Below, piece by piece: positions 37,666-47,000 of a stretch of DNA of 64,000 nt. Source of the stretch: Candidatus Parcubacteria bacterium. GTDB lineage: Bacteria > Patescibacteriota > Minisyncoccia > Phycocordibacterales > EsbW-18. The stretch covers positions 4,195 to 68,194 of the forward strand of contig JBDKFZ010000017.1 of the NCBI GenBank assembly GCA_039798445.1, given 5' to 3'. The notes below the pieces were generated by a model. It worked only from the letters and a program-made list of their open reading frames with translations. It was not told the DNA's origin and made no database searches. The translations under genes were made by a program, and so were the position numbers. Positions within the stretch are counted from its first letter, which is position 1, and every line of letters starts with the position of its first letter.

Positions 37666-38727
37666 CTAGATCGAGAAGAGCGAGTTGACCGTTGCTACGG
37701 CTCGGTCGAGATCATCGTTCACCACATAGACGATGCCTGGTGCATTCTCGCCCTTGAGGAACTCCTGCGTGTCGCTTATTTCTTCTATTTGAGCAGGACC
37801 AATCGTTGATGTGAGATAGCTGTCTTTGATTTTGTAGACACCCTCAGGGCTTTCAGAATCTCGGTGGTTTGGGTCACCATAAGAACGCACAACCACGCGG
37901 GTTGCGAGCTCAAGAATGCCACGACCAGGAGGGAGGATACATACAGGAAGGACGAGCAAGTCGGGCATGATTTCGCGAGCTCGGTCTGCAATTTCTTGGA
38001 CCTTTTCGGGGCTCTGTTCGATGAAGACCACGTTAGAGGTCTTGAGCGCCTCTTCTACTGCTTCTTTGGAAGTCATGTAGCGGCCTCTTCCTGGGCGTAC
38101 AAGGTCTGCGAGTATCTCGGTTCCAAGCGCTTCCTCGACCTCTGAGAGAGGCATTTCTGGAGAGATGTCGGTGCGATAGTGATAATCTTTTCCCTCGACT
38201 TCTCCTGGTCGGCTCGGACGGGTTGTGTGGTTGACGGTTCGGTCGAAGTCAGAGCGTTCAATCACAGTTCCTTTGCCAGTGCCTCCGATACCCAACATGA
38301 TTGCCGCTATTTTACCACCAGCTGCGAGATGCGCTTTGATGCGGGGCGATTCTCTGTCGATGGATGCCTGTTCGATGGTGCGGACCAGGTCTTCACGGTC
38401 AACGCTTCGAGGATCGATGCCATTTACTGCTGCAATCTCATCCAAAGCCTCATCATAGGGCTTTTGGAGATCAAGTATGGTTTCGCGTGAGGCAAAAAGA
38501 GATTCAACAATCTTTGTCGGGTCTTTCTGGACGCTTTGTCGGGCGGCTTTGACCTCTTCGGGTGCGTCATCGGGTACCGAAATAGGATGTTCGCTGTAGC
38601 GCGTCATGAGCTCTTCAAGTTTTCCTACCTGGTCATCAAAGCGCCCTTCTTGCTGGGTGACGAGTTCCTCGAGACGAGCAGTGGTTTCGCTCTTGTTAGA
38701 GAGGCCTTTTTCAGATTCAAAGCTCAT
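37666..38727 (-). CDS. Guanylate kinase-like P-loop protein with N-terminal helical extension
   Basis: GIGGTGKGT, HTTRPSRPGEVEGKDYHY, VVNDDLDRAV. Confidence 0.75.
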   Translation of the reverse strand: MSFESEKGLSNKSETTARLEELVTQQEGRFDDQVGKLEELMTRYSEHPISVPDDAPEEVKAARQSVQKDPTKIVESLFASRETILDLQKPYDEALDEIAAVNGIDPRSVDREDLVRTIEQASIDRESPRIKAHLAAGGKIAAIMLGIGGTGKGTVIERSDFDRTVNHTTRPSRPGEVEGKDYHYRTDISPEMPLSEVEEALGTEILADLVRPGRGRYMTSKEAVEEALKTSNVVFIEQSPEKVQEIADRAREIMPDLLVLPVCILPPGRGILELATRVVVRSYGDPNHRDSESPEGVYKIKDSYLTSTIGPAQIEEISDTQEFLKGENAPGIVYVVNDDLDRAVATVNSLFSI

Positions 38728-38780
38728 ATTGTGGTGAGTTACTATAGAAGATAATCAGTCGTTGACTCGGCTCTATTCAG

Positions 38781-38853
38781 TGGACCCTATCGGATTCGAA
38801 CCGATGACCTCCTCATTGCAAATGAGGCGCTCTACCAACTAAGCTAAGGGCCC
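38781..38853 (-). tRNA. tRNA-Ala(UGC)
   Basis: GGGCCCT/AGGGTCC acceptor with G3:U70, anticodon loop TTTGCAA, GTTCGAAT. Confidence 0.96.
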
Positions 38854-38966
38854 GACGCTGACTAGGATACCTCATACCCATAACGAAATCAACGCTGAAT
38901 TTACTCAACTAGTCGTTTCTGATAGTCTTTATCGAGAAACGATATCTCTATTCCTAACCGCTCAAA

Positions 38967-39350
38967 ATGAATCCATCTGAATCATCCAAAAAAGTCCTCG
39001 TAATTGATGACGACGAAGCGTTGGTAGCGGCATTGAATGAACGCCTTACTGAGGCTGGCTACACAGTCTCATCCGCCTCAGACGGACAAAAAGGGCTCGA
39101 TACTGCCCTTGAAACACAGCCGGATCTCATCATCCTCGATGTTGCGATGCCGGTTATGAACGGATGGGATGTGCTTACCGCTCTTCGAGCTGATGGTTGG
39201 GGCAAAGATGCTCGCGTGGTTATGCTCACGAATTCTGACGATATGGAAAATGTCTCGCAGGCAATCGAACAGGGGAGCACAGAATATCTCATCAAAGGAT
39301 CATGGACGCTTGATGACATTGTGGCCAAGGTGGGTCAGATGATTTCATAA
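38967..39350 (+). CDS. Single-domain response regulator receiver
   Basis: VLVIDDD, PDLIILDVAMPVMNG, MLTN, YLIK. Confidence 0.92.
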   Translation: MNPSESSKKVLVIDDDEALVAALNERLTEAGYTVSSASDGQKGLDTALETQPDLIILDVAMPVMNGWDVLTALRADGWGKDARVVMLTNSDDMENVSQAIEQGSTEYLIKGSWTLDDIVAKVGQMIS

Positions 39351-39358
39351 CAATACGC

Positions 39359-39432
39359 GGACGATTAGCTCAGCTGGTTAGAGCGTTCGCCTCACACGCG
39401 AGAGGTCACAGGTTCAAATCCTGTATCGTCCA
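39359..39432 (+). tRNA. tRNA-Val(CAC)
   Basis: GGACGAT/ATCGTCC acceptor, anticodon loop CTCACAC, GTTCAAAT. Confidence 0.95.
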
Positions 39433-39458
39433 CAGGCTTTGTGTTATAAAGCCATAAA

Positions 39459-39529
39459 CGGGCTGTAGTATACCGGTAGTACATACGATTCGGGTTCGTA
39501 TAGACTGGGTTCGATTCCCAGCAGCCCGA
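39459..39529 (+). tRNA. tRNA-Pro(CGG)
   Basis: CGGGCTG/CAGCCCG acceptor, anticodon loop TTCGGGT, GTTCGATT. Confidence 0.95.
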
Positions 39530-39585
39530 CAACATGGAGAGGTTTTGCCATCCTAGCGGGTGGGTGCATACTAAGATGACACAAT

Positions 39586-40791
39586 ATGCACAAAAAACTT
39601 TTCCACATAGGTCTTATTGTGGGGACGATCGTGCTTCTTTTTGTCCTTTTTCCTCAGGTACTGGTCCCTCAGATTGATGATCTCCCCAAGCCGCCAAGCG
39701 CAATGGCGGAATTTGTTCGTTTCGATCTGCCACCAGGTTTTACGGCTAATGTTTTTGCGTCGGATCTTCCAGGAGTTCGAGTTTTGGAAGAGGACCCCAA
39801 CGGCACAATTATTGCCTCACTAACAAAGGAGGGTAGGGTCGTGGCAGTGACTGATACCGATTATGATGGAGAGGCAAACGAAGTGGTGCCACTCATTGAT
39901 GGACTCCACAATCCCCACGGACTGGCACTCTTGTGTGAGTCAAAGAATGATAGAGAGTGTTCTCTCTATGTTGCTGAGACGGAACAAATTAGTCTTTATA
40001 CATATGATCCCGTGGCTCGAGACGCGGAGTTCGTCAAAAAAGTCGTTGATCTTCCTTCGATGGGAGACCGTATAACACGAACACTCCTTACCGACCCTTC
40101 AGGGGAGAATATCTTTGTTTCGATCGGTTCATCGTGTGAGTTTTGTCAGGAGCTTGATAGGCGTTACGCAACTATTCAGCTGCTTGATCTCAAAAAGGAA
40201 AAAATGACGACTTATGCAAATGGTCTTTACAACACGGTCTTTATGGCCATTCAGCCAACCACGGGACTTTTGTGGGGTACCGAGATGGCGCCGGGAGATC
40301 CGAGCAGTGCCCAACATTTTCCGGACGAGATTAATATTTTAAGAAAAGGCAAGAATTACGGATGGCCGTTTTGCTATGGAGATAATCTTTCGTTAGAGGA
40401 TTTTCAGGCAGAAGAAGAGTCTTTTTTTGAACAATGCAATTCTTCCAAGATTCCTTCGACGCTTGACCTTCCTCCGCATTCTGCACCACTCGGTCTTGCC
40501 TTCATACCTTCTGAGGGGTGGCCGGAAGAGTATAAAGGTGACCTTTTGGTCACATACCATGGTCCGGCAACTGCAAAGCTTGGTGATGGGCATCGAGTTG
40601 TGCGTATTAAAATGAATTCAAAAGGAATGCCTATAGGTACGGCGGAGCCTTTTATGACAGGCTTTGCCGACGAAGAGGGCCGTATTGTCGGGCGACCGGT
40701 TGCTCTCATTGCTCGAAAAGATGGGACACTCCTCGTTAGTGGAGACCTCAGCGGGGTGATTTACCGAGTTTCATGGCAAGGAGATCGTTAG
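39586..40791 (+). CDS. PQQ-dependent sugar/sorbosone dehydrogenase family beta-propeller, membrane anchored
   Basis: LPPGFTANVFA, VSIGSSC, PDEIN, NYGWPFC, HSAPLGLAF, GRPV; some conserved residues look altered. Confidence 0.8.
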   Translation: MHKKLFHIGLIVGTIVLLFVLFPQVLVPQIDDLPKPPSAMAEFVRFDLPPGFTANVFASDLPGVRVLEEDPNGTIIASLTKEGRVVAVTDTDYDGEANEVVPLIDGLHNPHGLALLCESKNDRECSLYVAETEQISLYTYDPVARDAEFVKKVVDLPSMGDRITRTLLTDPSGENIFVSIGSSCEFCQELDRRYATIQLLDLKKEKMTTYANGLYNTVFMAIQPTTGLLWGTEMAPGDPSSAQHFPDEINILRKGKNYGWPFCYGDNLSLEDFQAEEESFFEQCNSSKIPSTLDLPPHSAPLGLAFIPSEGWPEEYKGDLLVTYHGPATAKLGDGHRVVRIKMNSKGMPIGTAEPFMTGFADEEGRIVGRPVALIARKDGTLLVSGDLSGVIYRVSWQGDR

Positions 40792-40862
40792 CCGTTCTCT
40801 ATCCACACTTTCTTGTCAAAGACTTTCTTGCGGGGTGATACACTGTATAGGAACAGGCGATA

Positions 40863-41528
40863 ATGCCTGCCCGCACCCACTACCATTTTATGAATCGTTT
40901 TCTCTGCCTCGTGGCGTTAGTAGGAATCGTTTCTTTGCCGTTTATTTATCCACTTGTCGAAGCGGGGATTGCAACTGCTGCAACTGCGAGCGATACCGTT
41001 GTCGTTACACTTAACGTTGATGCTGGTATTTCAATCACAAGCCCCGCTGACGTACCGATGAGCCAGAACCTCGGTGTGTCTGCAGATACTGCCGTTGGAA
41101 CAGCGGTTTGGAACGTTAAAACGAACAACGCTGCTGGGTACACGATTGCCGTCAAAGCAACAACGAGCCCAGCTCTTGTTTCTGGAGCGAACTCTGTGGC
41201 TGACTATACTCCAGGTGTTGCTGCAACACCTGAAACATGGAGCGTTTCTTCGGGTAGCGCAGAATTTGGCTTCTCGGCATTTGGGTCGCACATCTCGACT
41301 GGAACATGGGGTACAGACTCTGATTGTCTCGCAGGTGCCAACGTTCCAAGTGCGGGACTTAAGTATCGCGATTTCGATACGAGCGATATCACAATTGGTT
41401 CATCGAATGCGACAACCACAACGACAGGGGTTGATACTACGGTGTGTTTTGCAGCCGAACAAGACACGGTTTATATCCCGTCAGGTGTCTATCAGGCAAC
41501 GATTGTCGCTACTGCGACAACTCAATAA
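40863..41528 (+). CDS. Secreted WxL/pilin-like subunit (putative major subunit)
   Basis: Signal peptide, SDTVVVTLNV strand, VKTNNAAGYTI, FGFS, C-terminal SGVYQATIVATA; alternative start 40890. Confidence 0.7.
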   Translation: MPARTHYHFMNRFLCLVALVGIVSLPFIYPLVEAGIATAATASDTVVVTLNVDAGISITSPADVPMSQNLGVSADTAVGTAVWNVKTNNAAGYTIAVKATTSPALVSGANSVADYTPGVAATPETWSVSSGSAEFGFSAFGSHISTGTWGTDSDCLAGANVPSAGLKYRDFDTSDITIGSSNATTTTTGVDTTVCFAAEQDTVYIPSGVYQATIVATATTQ

Positions 41529-42488
41529 ATGAATATGAATCGGCGATCATCTATAATAAGCGCGCTCGCCGCTGCGTTTATCGTCTTTTGGGCGACTCAA
41601 GCAGTGGCTTATTCTATCGAACAGGTCAGTGTCGTCGCTTCAAACGATTTTGTTGTTGAACCTGCGAAGATTGAGATATTTGCAGACCCAGGTGATGTCA
41701 TCTCCAAGAACGTCACAATCATCAACCGTATCGAAGGGCGGTCCACGTTCACTATCTCGCTCGAAGACTTCGTTGGTTCTGATGACCCATCGGTAGCAGT
41801 AAAGCTCTTGGGTGATGAAGTAAGCCGATATTCATTCCGTGACAATATCATCCCTGAGATTGATCAGCTGAATCTGAACTTTGGTGAAAAAGCGCTCATC
41901 CCCATTACTATTCGTGTTCCTGAGACAGCTTCGCCGGGCGGTTATTATACGTCGATTGTTATCGCTCACACATCGACCGATAGTGCGGGGGAGGCGACAG
42001 GAGCCAAGACGGTTTCCCGTGTTGCCCAACTCTTGTTCGTCCGTGTTAACGGTGATGTCATTGAGGACGGCGCAGTAAAGGATTTCGTTATCTCACCGAC
42101 AAGCTTTGTTCATCTCACAGGTCCACTTACGTTCAATATTCTGTTTGAGAACCGTGGTTCGGTTCACCTTGCTCCGTACGGCTATATCACCATCAAGAAT
42201 ATTTTTGGTACCACAGTGGATCAGATTCCAGTCGATGCATATTATTCGCTTCCGCAATCGCAACGCTACCGTCAGATTATCTGGCAACAGGGAGCACGCT
42301 TCGGATACTACACAGCGACACTCGAGCTCAATAAGGGTTATCGCGAAAGCGAGACGACGGAAACAAGGACGACGTCATTCGTCTTCATTCCAATGGCGTA
42401 CCTCGCAGTCCTTCTCGTTGTCATCGTTCTTCTCCTCCTCGCGCATCGCTATGTTAAGAAGAATTTTGAGTTGCGTCGCAAGAAATAA
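41529..42488 (+). CDS. DUF916-like / PapD-like two-Ig-domain protein with C-terminal TM
   Basis: Signal peptide, VEPAKIEIFADPG, PGGYY, FENRGSVHLAPYG, C-terminal TM then RRKK. Confidence 0.7.
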   Translation: MNMNRRSSIISALAAAFIVFWATQAVAYSIEQVSVVASNDFVVEPAKIEIFADPGDVISKNVTIINRIEGRSTFTISLEDFVGSDDPSVAVKLLGDEVSRYSFRDNIIPEIDQLNLNFGEKALIPITIRVPETASPGGYYTSIVIAHTSTDSAGEATGAKTVSRVAQLLFVRVNGDVIEDGAVKDFVISPTSFVHLTGPLTFNILFENRGSVHLAPYGYITIKNIFGTTVDQIPVDAYYSLPQSQRYRQIIWQQGARFGYYTATLELNKGYRESETTETRTTSFVFIPMAYLAVLLVVIVLLLLAHRYVKKNFELRRKK

Positions 42489-42493
42489 GCCCA

Positions 42494-43249
42494 ATGAGAG
42501 CATTGCCGTACATCGCAGCCACTTTTCTCTGCGTACCCTTATTGCTCTACGCTCAGGTGCGTCAAAGCAACAACTACCAGATTCTTTTTGATGCCCTCGA
42601 CAGCGGAGGAGGCCTTGGTACAAGCACAAACTACATACTCGAAAGCAGTGTCGGCGAACAAGCGACAGGGGATTCTACAAGCACAAACTACATGGTTTCT
42701 GCGGGATACCAACAAGCCGAGACAAATCTTGGCGGGGGTTCCATTTCTCTCTCTGCACCGTCAGACGTAACACTCGCGCCAATATCAGGTCTTACCGGAG
42801 GTACTTCAAAGAATACTGCAGCGTGGACAGTCATCACTGATAGCCCTGGTGGGTATACGCTTACGATTGAAGCGACATCAACACCGGCCTTTCGTGCCCC
42901 GAGCGGTGCAAGTTTCTCGAATTATGTACCCGCAACAAGCGCCCCGGATTTTAACTTTAGCGTGAACGCTGCTAGCTCTACGTTCGGGTTCTCACCTGAG
43001 GGTACGCATATCGTTGCCCGATTCAAAGATGATGGGTCATCCACCTGTAACACGGGTTCTTCAGACACAGCTGATAGATGTTATGACGCGGTAACTACAA
43101 CACCGACGAACATTGCTTCGAGCAATAGTGCTAACAGCCCAACTGGAACTGTTACGACGGTGCGTTTTGCGGCAGGCGTCGGTTCCAATAAAATTCAGGA
43201 CTCAGGATCGTACACTGCAACAATTGTTGTGACTGCTATAACACAATGA
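42494..43249 (+). CDS. Secreted WxL/pilin-like subunit, paralogue of 40863-41528
   Basis: WTVITDSPGGYTL, FGFS, SGSYTATIVVTA; distinct SxNY/GG N-terminal region. Confidence 0.7.
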   Translation: MRALPYIAATFLCVPLLLYAQVRQSNNYQILFDALDSGGGLGTSTNYILESSVGEQATGDSTSTNYMVSAGYQQAETNLGGGSISLSAPSDVTLAPISGLTGGTSKNTAAWTVITDSPGGYTLTIEATSTPAFRAPSGASFSNYVPATSAPDFNFSVNAASSTFGFSPEGTHIVARFKDDGSSTCNTGSSDTADRCYDAVTTTPTNIASSNSANSPTGTVTTVRFAAGVGSNKIQDSGSYTATIVVTAITQ

Positions 43250-44037
43250 CCATGAGATGGACGCTCTCTTTTCTTGGGTTCGTGTCACTCATCTCATTCT
43301 CGGGTCATGTGTACGCAGCATCCGATACGCTCCGTGTCGAATTGGGTGTCTATCACTGCGACAATGACGCAATCTGCGAAGTTGCTGAGAACGTCGAGTT
43401 TTGTCCGCTTGATTGTGTCGCTACAACCACAGAGGAAGAACCTGAAGAAGACGACCCACCACGACCTTCTCAAGGACCACGGGTAATCCAACAACTTGTC
43501 GACTTGTTCCAAACCTACATTCCTTTTGTTGGTGAGGGGATTGTGCCATTTGTGGGTCCAATGGATGAATCGGGATACGTTTGTGAAGATGATTTTTGCA
43601 CGGCGTTTACCGACGATCTCGCCCGCTCCGTTATTGTTTCTTTTGAGGAATCGTTTGATGGTTGGGAAAGCGGTAGTGTTTCAATCAAGCCAATTGTAGG
43701 AGGAGAGATTATTTTTGAATGGGACGACGACGTGACGATGCGTATTATGAGAAGTTTCAAAGAGTTTCCCATTGACCCATTGAGTGGTGAGCTGGTTTAT
43801 GAGGGAATGAGTGGAAAATTCATTTCGCCAGCATTTCTTGGTGCTGACATCATGTATTATTCGCTCTTTCCAAAGCATCCAGACGGCTCATATGGTCAGC
43901 CTGAATTCATCATCATCAGAAGTCAGAATGTATCGGATGACAAAAAGGCAACGAGCACGTTCCTAACGGTTGGTATAGGTGCTGTTCTTGCAGCTATCCT
44001 CGGTTTTGTCGGGAGATTTATCTTTCTTTTGATATAA
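43246..44037 (+). CDS. Secreted protein with Cys module and C-terminal membrane anchor
   Basis: Signal peptide, SDTLRVELGV, CDNDAICE..E....CPLDC, acidic linker, C-terminal TM. Confidence 0.7.
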   Translation: MTMRWTLSFLGFVSLISFSGHVYAASDTLRVELGVYHCDNDAICEVAENVEFCPLDCVATTTEEEPEEDDPPRPSQGPRVIQQLVDLFQTYIPFVGEGIVPFVGPMDESGYVCEDDFCTAFTDDLARSVIVSFEESFDGWESGSVSIKPIVGGEIIFEWDDDVTMRIMRSFKEFPIDPLSGELVYEGMSGKFISPAFLGADIMYYSLFPKHPDGSYGQPEFIIIRSQNVSDDKKATSTFLTVGIGAVLAAILGFVGRFIFLLI

Positions 44038-44045
44038 TAAACGGC

Positions 44046-47000
44046 ATGATCCGCACCTGCGCGGCATGGTTTCTGGTTGGAGTTGCACTCATTGCTGCAC
44101 AGTCTTTTGTGCCCCCAGCACAGGCAGCTTTTTCTCCCTACATCAACTATCAAGGCAAGCTTGCTGACGACACGGGAACTCCAGTTGCTGATGACCTCTA
44201 TAACATGGAGTTCAAACTCTACGACGACCCGGTGGCTGGGTCGGTTGTGTGGACTGAAACCAGAACGGGTGCAGATAAGGTGCAGGTAACTGACGGGCTT
44301 TTCAGCATCTTGTTGGGAGAGGTTGCCGCCATTGATGGTGTTAATTTCAATCAGCCGCTCTATCTCTCGGTGCAGATTGGTGGTGTTGGGACTCCATCAT
44401 GGGATGGTGAGATGACGCCACGTCGAGATATCAGTAGTGTTCCTACGGCCTTTCTTGCGGGCACGGCACTTGCACTTGATGCAACAAATGCCACGAGCAC
44501 AAACGCGACAACAACAAATCTCTATGTGAGCGGTGCTGTTGGTGTCGGGACATCAACGCCGATAACATCGATGCTTGCCATCAAGGGGTCCGCAAGCAAG
44601 GCGAATATTTTCGAAATCGCTTCTTCGACTGATGCGAATATTTTTATGGTAACGGGAACAGGGAGGGTTGGTATCGGCACGAGTTCGCCCTACGCCCGAC
44701 TCTCTGTTGCTGGCGACATCGCTCTCACCGGAGGGCTCTATGACTCAGGGGCGTCATTGGGCTCGAACGGTATGGTACTTCTTTCCACAGGAACAGGAGT
44801 TGATTGGGTCGCAACATCGACGCTTGGTATCACGGGTGGTAGCGGAAGTCTTCAGAGTGCATATGATGGCGGCGCGACTATTCAAACTGCAGCTGGCTCT
44901 CCGGTAGTCATCACTGAAACTGCCGCCGCCCTTAGCTCCTCGCACAATCTCCTACAACTCACTGCTAATCCTGGCATCGGTGGGGATTACTCAGGTGACG
45001 CGCTTCAGATCACCCTTGATGGTGTCGACGCGAACAGCAATACGGGTATCGGACTGCACATGGTGATTGATCAGTCACAGGCAACAGGAAATCCGATTGT
45101 CATTGAAGACGATGCCGGTTTTGACCTCCTGGCACTTTCACAAACAGGTGGACTGACTGTTGGTAGTGCAACACAACGTTTAGACAGCACCATCTATGGC
45201 GATTTGGTGACAAAAGGTCACACCATTCAACGTTCGCTTACGGGTATTCTTGATATCTTTATTTATGATACGACACGTGACTCTGATGGAGGTGCGTGGC
45301 GCACCAATGGTCTCACGTCAGGAACATCGTGGTATACCGAAACAAAAGATGATGGGCCGAATGATGCTTGTGTTATTGGGACGGATGACCGTTGCGGTTC
45401 GTCTGTTTTTCCGCGCAAAGCAATCTTGGTAACGACAGTTGAGAGCCTCTATATTTTTGATGCAAAGGACAACTCATTGTGGATGGAGTTCACACAAGAT
45501 GGAACATATGCGCTTGGTGCAAGCACGGGTAATCCTTCAGGTGTTGGTGCGGTAAACGGTACGGTCTACGTTGGTACTAATGGAACAGGAACAGGTCTCT
45601 ACGCTTTTGATTTTATTAGCGATCGAATGTATCGCTATAACGCTACAAACCGTGTTCAGGCGGATACGAAGATTGGGACTCGTAATACAGCAACAACATA
45701 TGCGACAGATGCTCAAACAAGTCTTGCGATTCTAGATGCAGTTGTGAACGACGTGTCTGCAGCGCTCCAGTACGGTAGTAGTGAAGGAACTACAAACGTC
45801 GCTGGTGCCATACCCCTCGACTCAGGTGCCGGACCACTTCGTGGTGTCGTGCTCATTGCCGCTGCCACGGATACAGGAATCTCTGTCATTCATCCCGATA
45901 CACAGGAGGTCATTAACTACTCTGATGCCACAAACGACGACTACAATACGGTGCACATGACAACGCGCGGTCGCATGTATGCTGCAAATGAAACACGCGC
46001 ACAACTTGAAACATGGAGAAACGTTGATAGAGATGTAACGGCGGAAACAAACGGTACGCCAGATAGATGGTATGACGAAACAATCACGGCCGGTACTATC
46101 ACCGGAGGACAGGTTCCTGCTATTGCAACATCACCCGCAACAATTGCTGTAGCCGAGCGCGCATCTCTTGCGAGAGAGGCAACAGCAACAGGTAACAATG
46201 ATTCGGGTGATGTTGTTCTTTTTGGAACAAGCCAAGGTTTTGCTGAAATCCATGATTCAGGAGGTAACTTGGGTGCTGCGGCATGGACCCGATTCGTCAG
46301 TACGGCAACAGCGACACCGCTTATGGTTGGTGGTGTAAAAAGCCTCTTCCTTTTTGAGGAGGCCGCTGGAGCAACAGACGCTCTGTCATCACTTGGTAGT
46401 GGTGCAAACATTCTTCAGAGTTTTAATACCCCCACCTTCGGCACATCGGGGGTTCGTGGGACAGCGGTTGATCTCAATGGAACATCACAATTTTTCTGTA
46501 CTGACGGAACAGGAAACGATGGTGTGTGTGATAACGACACCGACTACAATATGGCGGCCACAAGTTGGACCGTTTCTGCGTGGCTGAAGCATGATTTGAC
46601 TCCCGCAGGTATAGATACTGTATTTGAAAAGTGTTGGGTACCCGCAACGCCATCAGCAGGAACGGGGTGTGCGTGGGGAGGAATGAATGCTTCTGGGCAG
46701 TACATTATGGGTGTTGATGACGACGCAACGTGGACGGTTGGTTCGTCGATGGACGACTTAACTACAGCTGCAGGACCTTCATATGCCGATGGTCTTTGGC
46801 ACCATGTCGTGTTTACTAACACAGACACCGACATCTGTGTGTATGTTGACGGAAAACAAGTGACCTGTGACTCAACTCTTGCGGCAACGGCGACACTTGA
46901 TACCTCTGCTGTAACACTTACGGTCGGTGCATCGTGTGCTGGGGCAAACTGTGTAACGGGTGCAAACTTTTTTGCAGGTGAAATGGATGATCTCGCGTTT

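Noticed and set aside
36125-38780. Integrative island at tRNA-Ala
   Set aside because: No duplicated tRNA 3' end or integrase found by eye; reported only as accessory genes.
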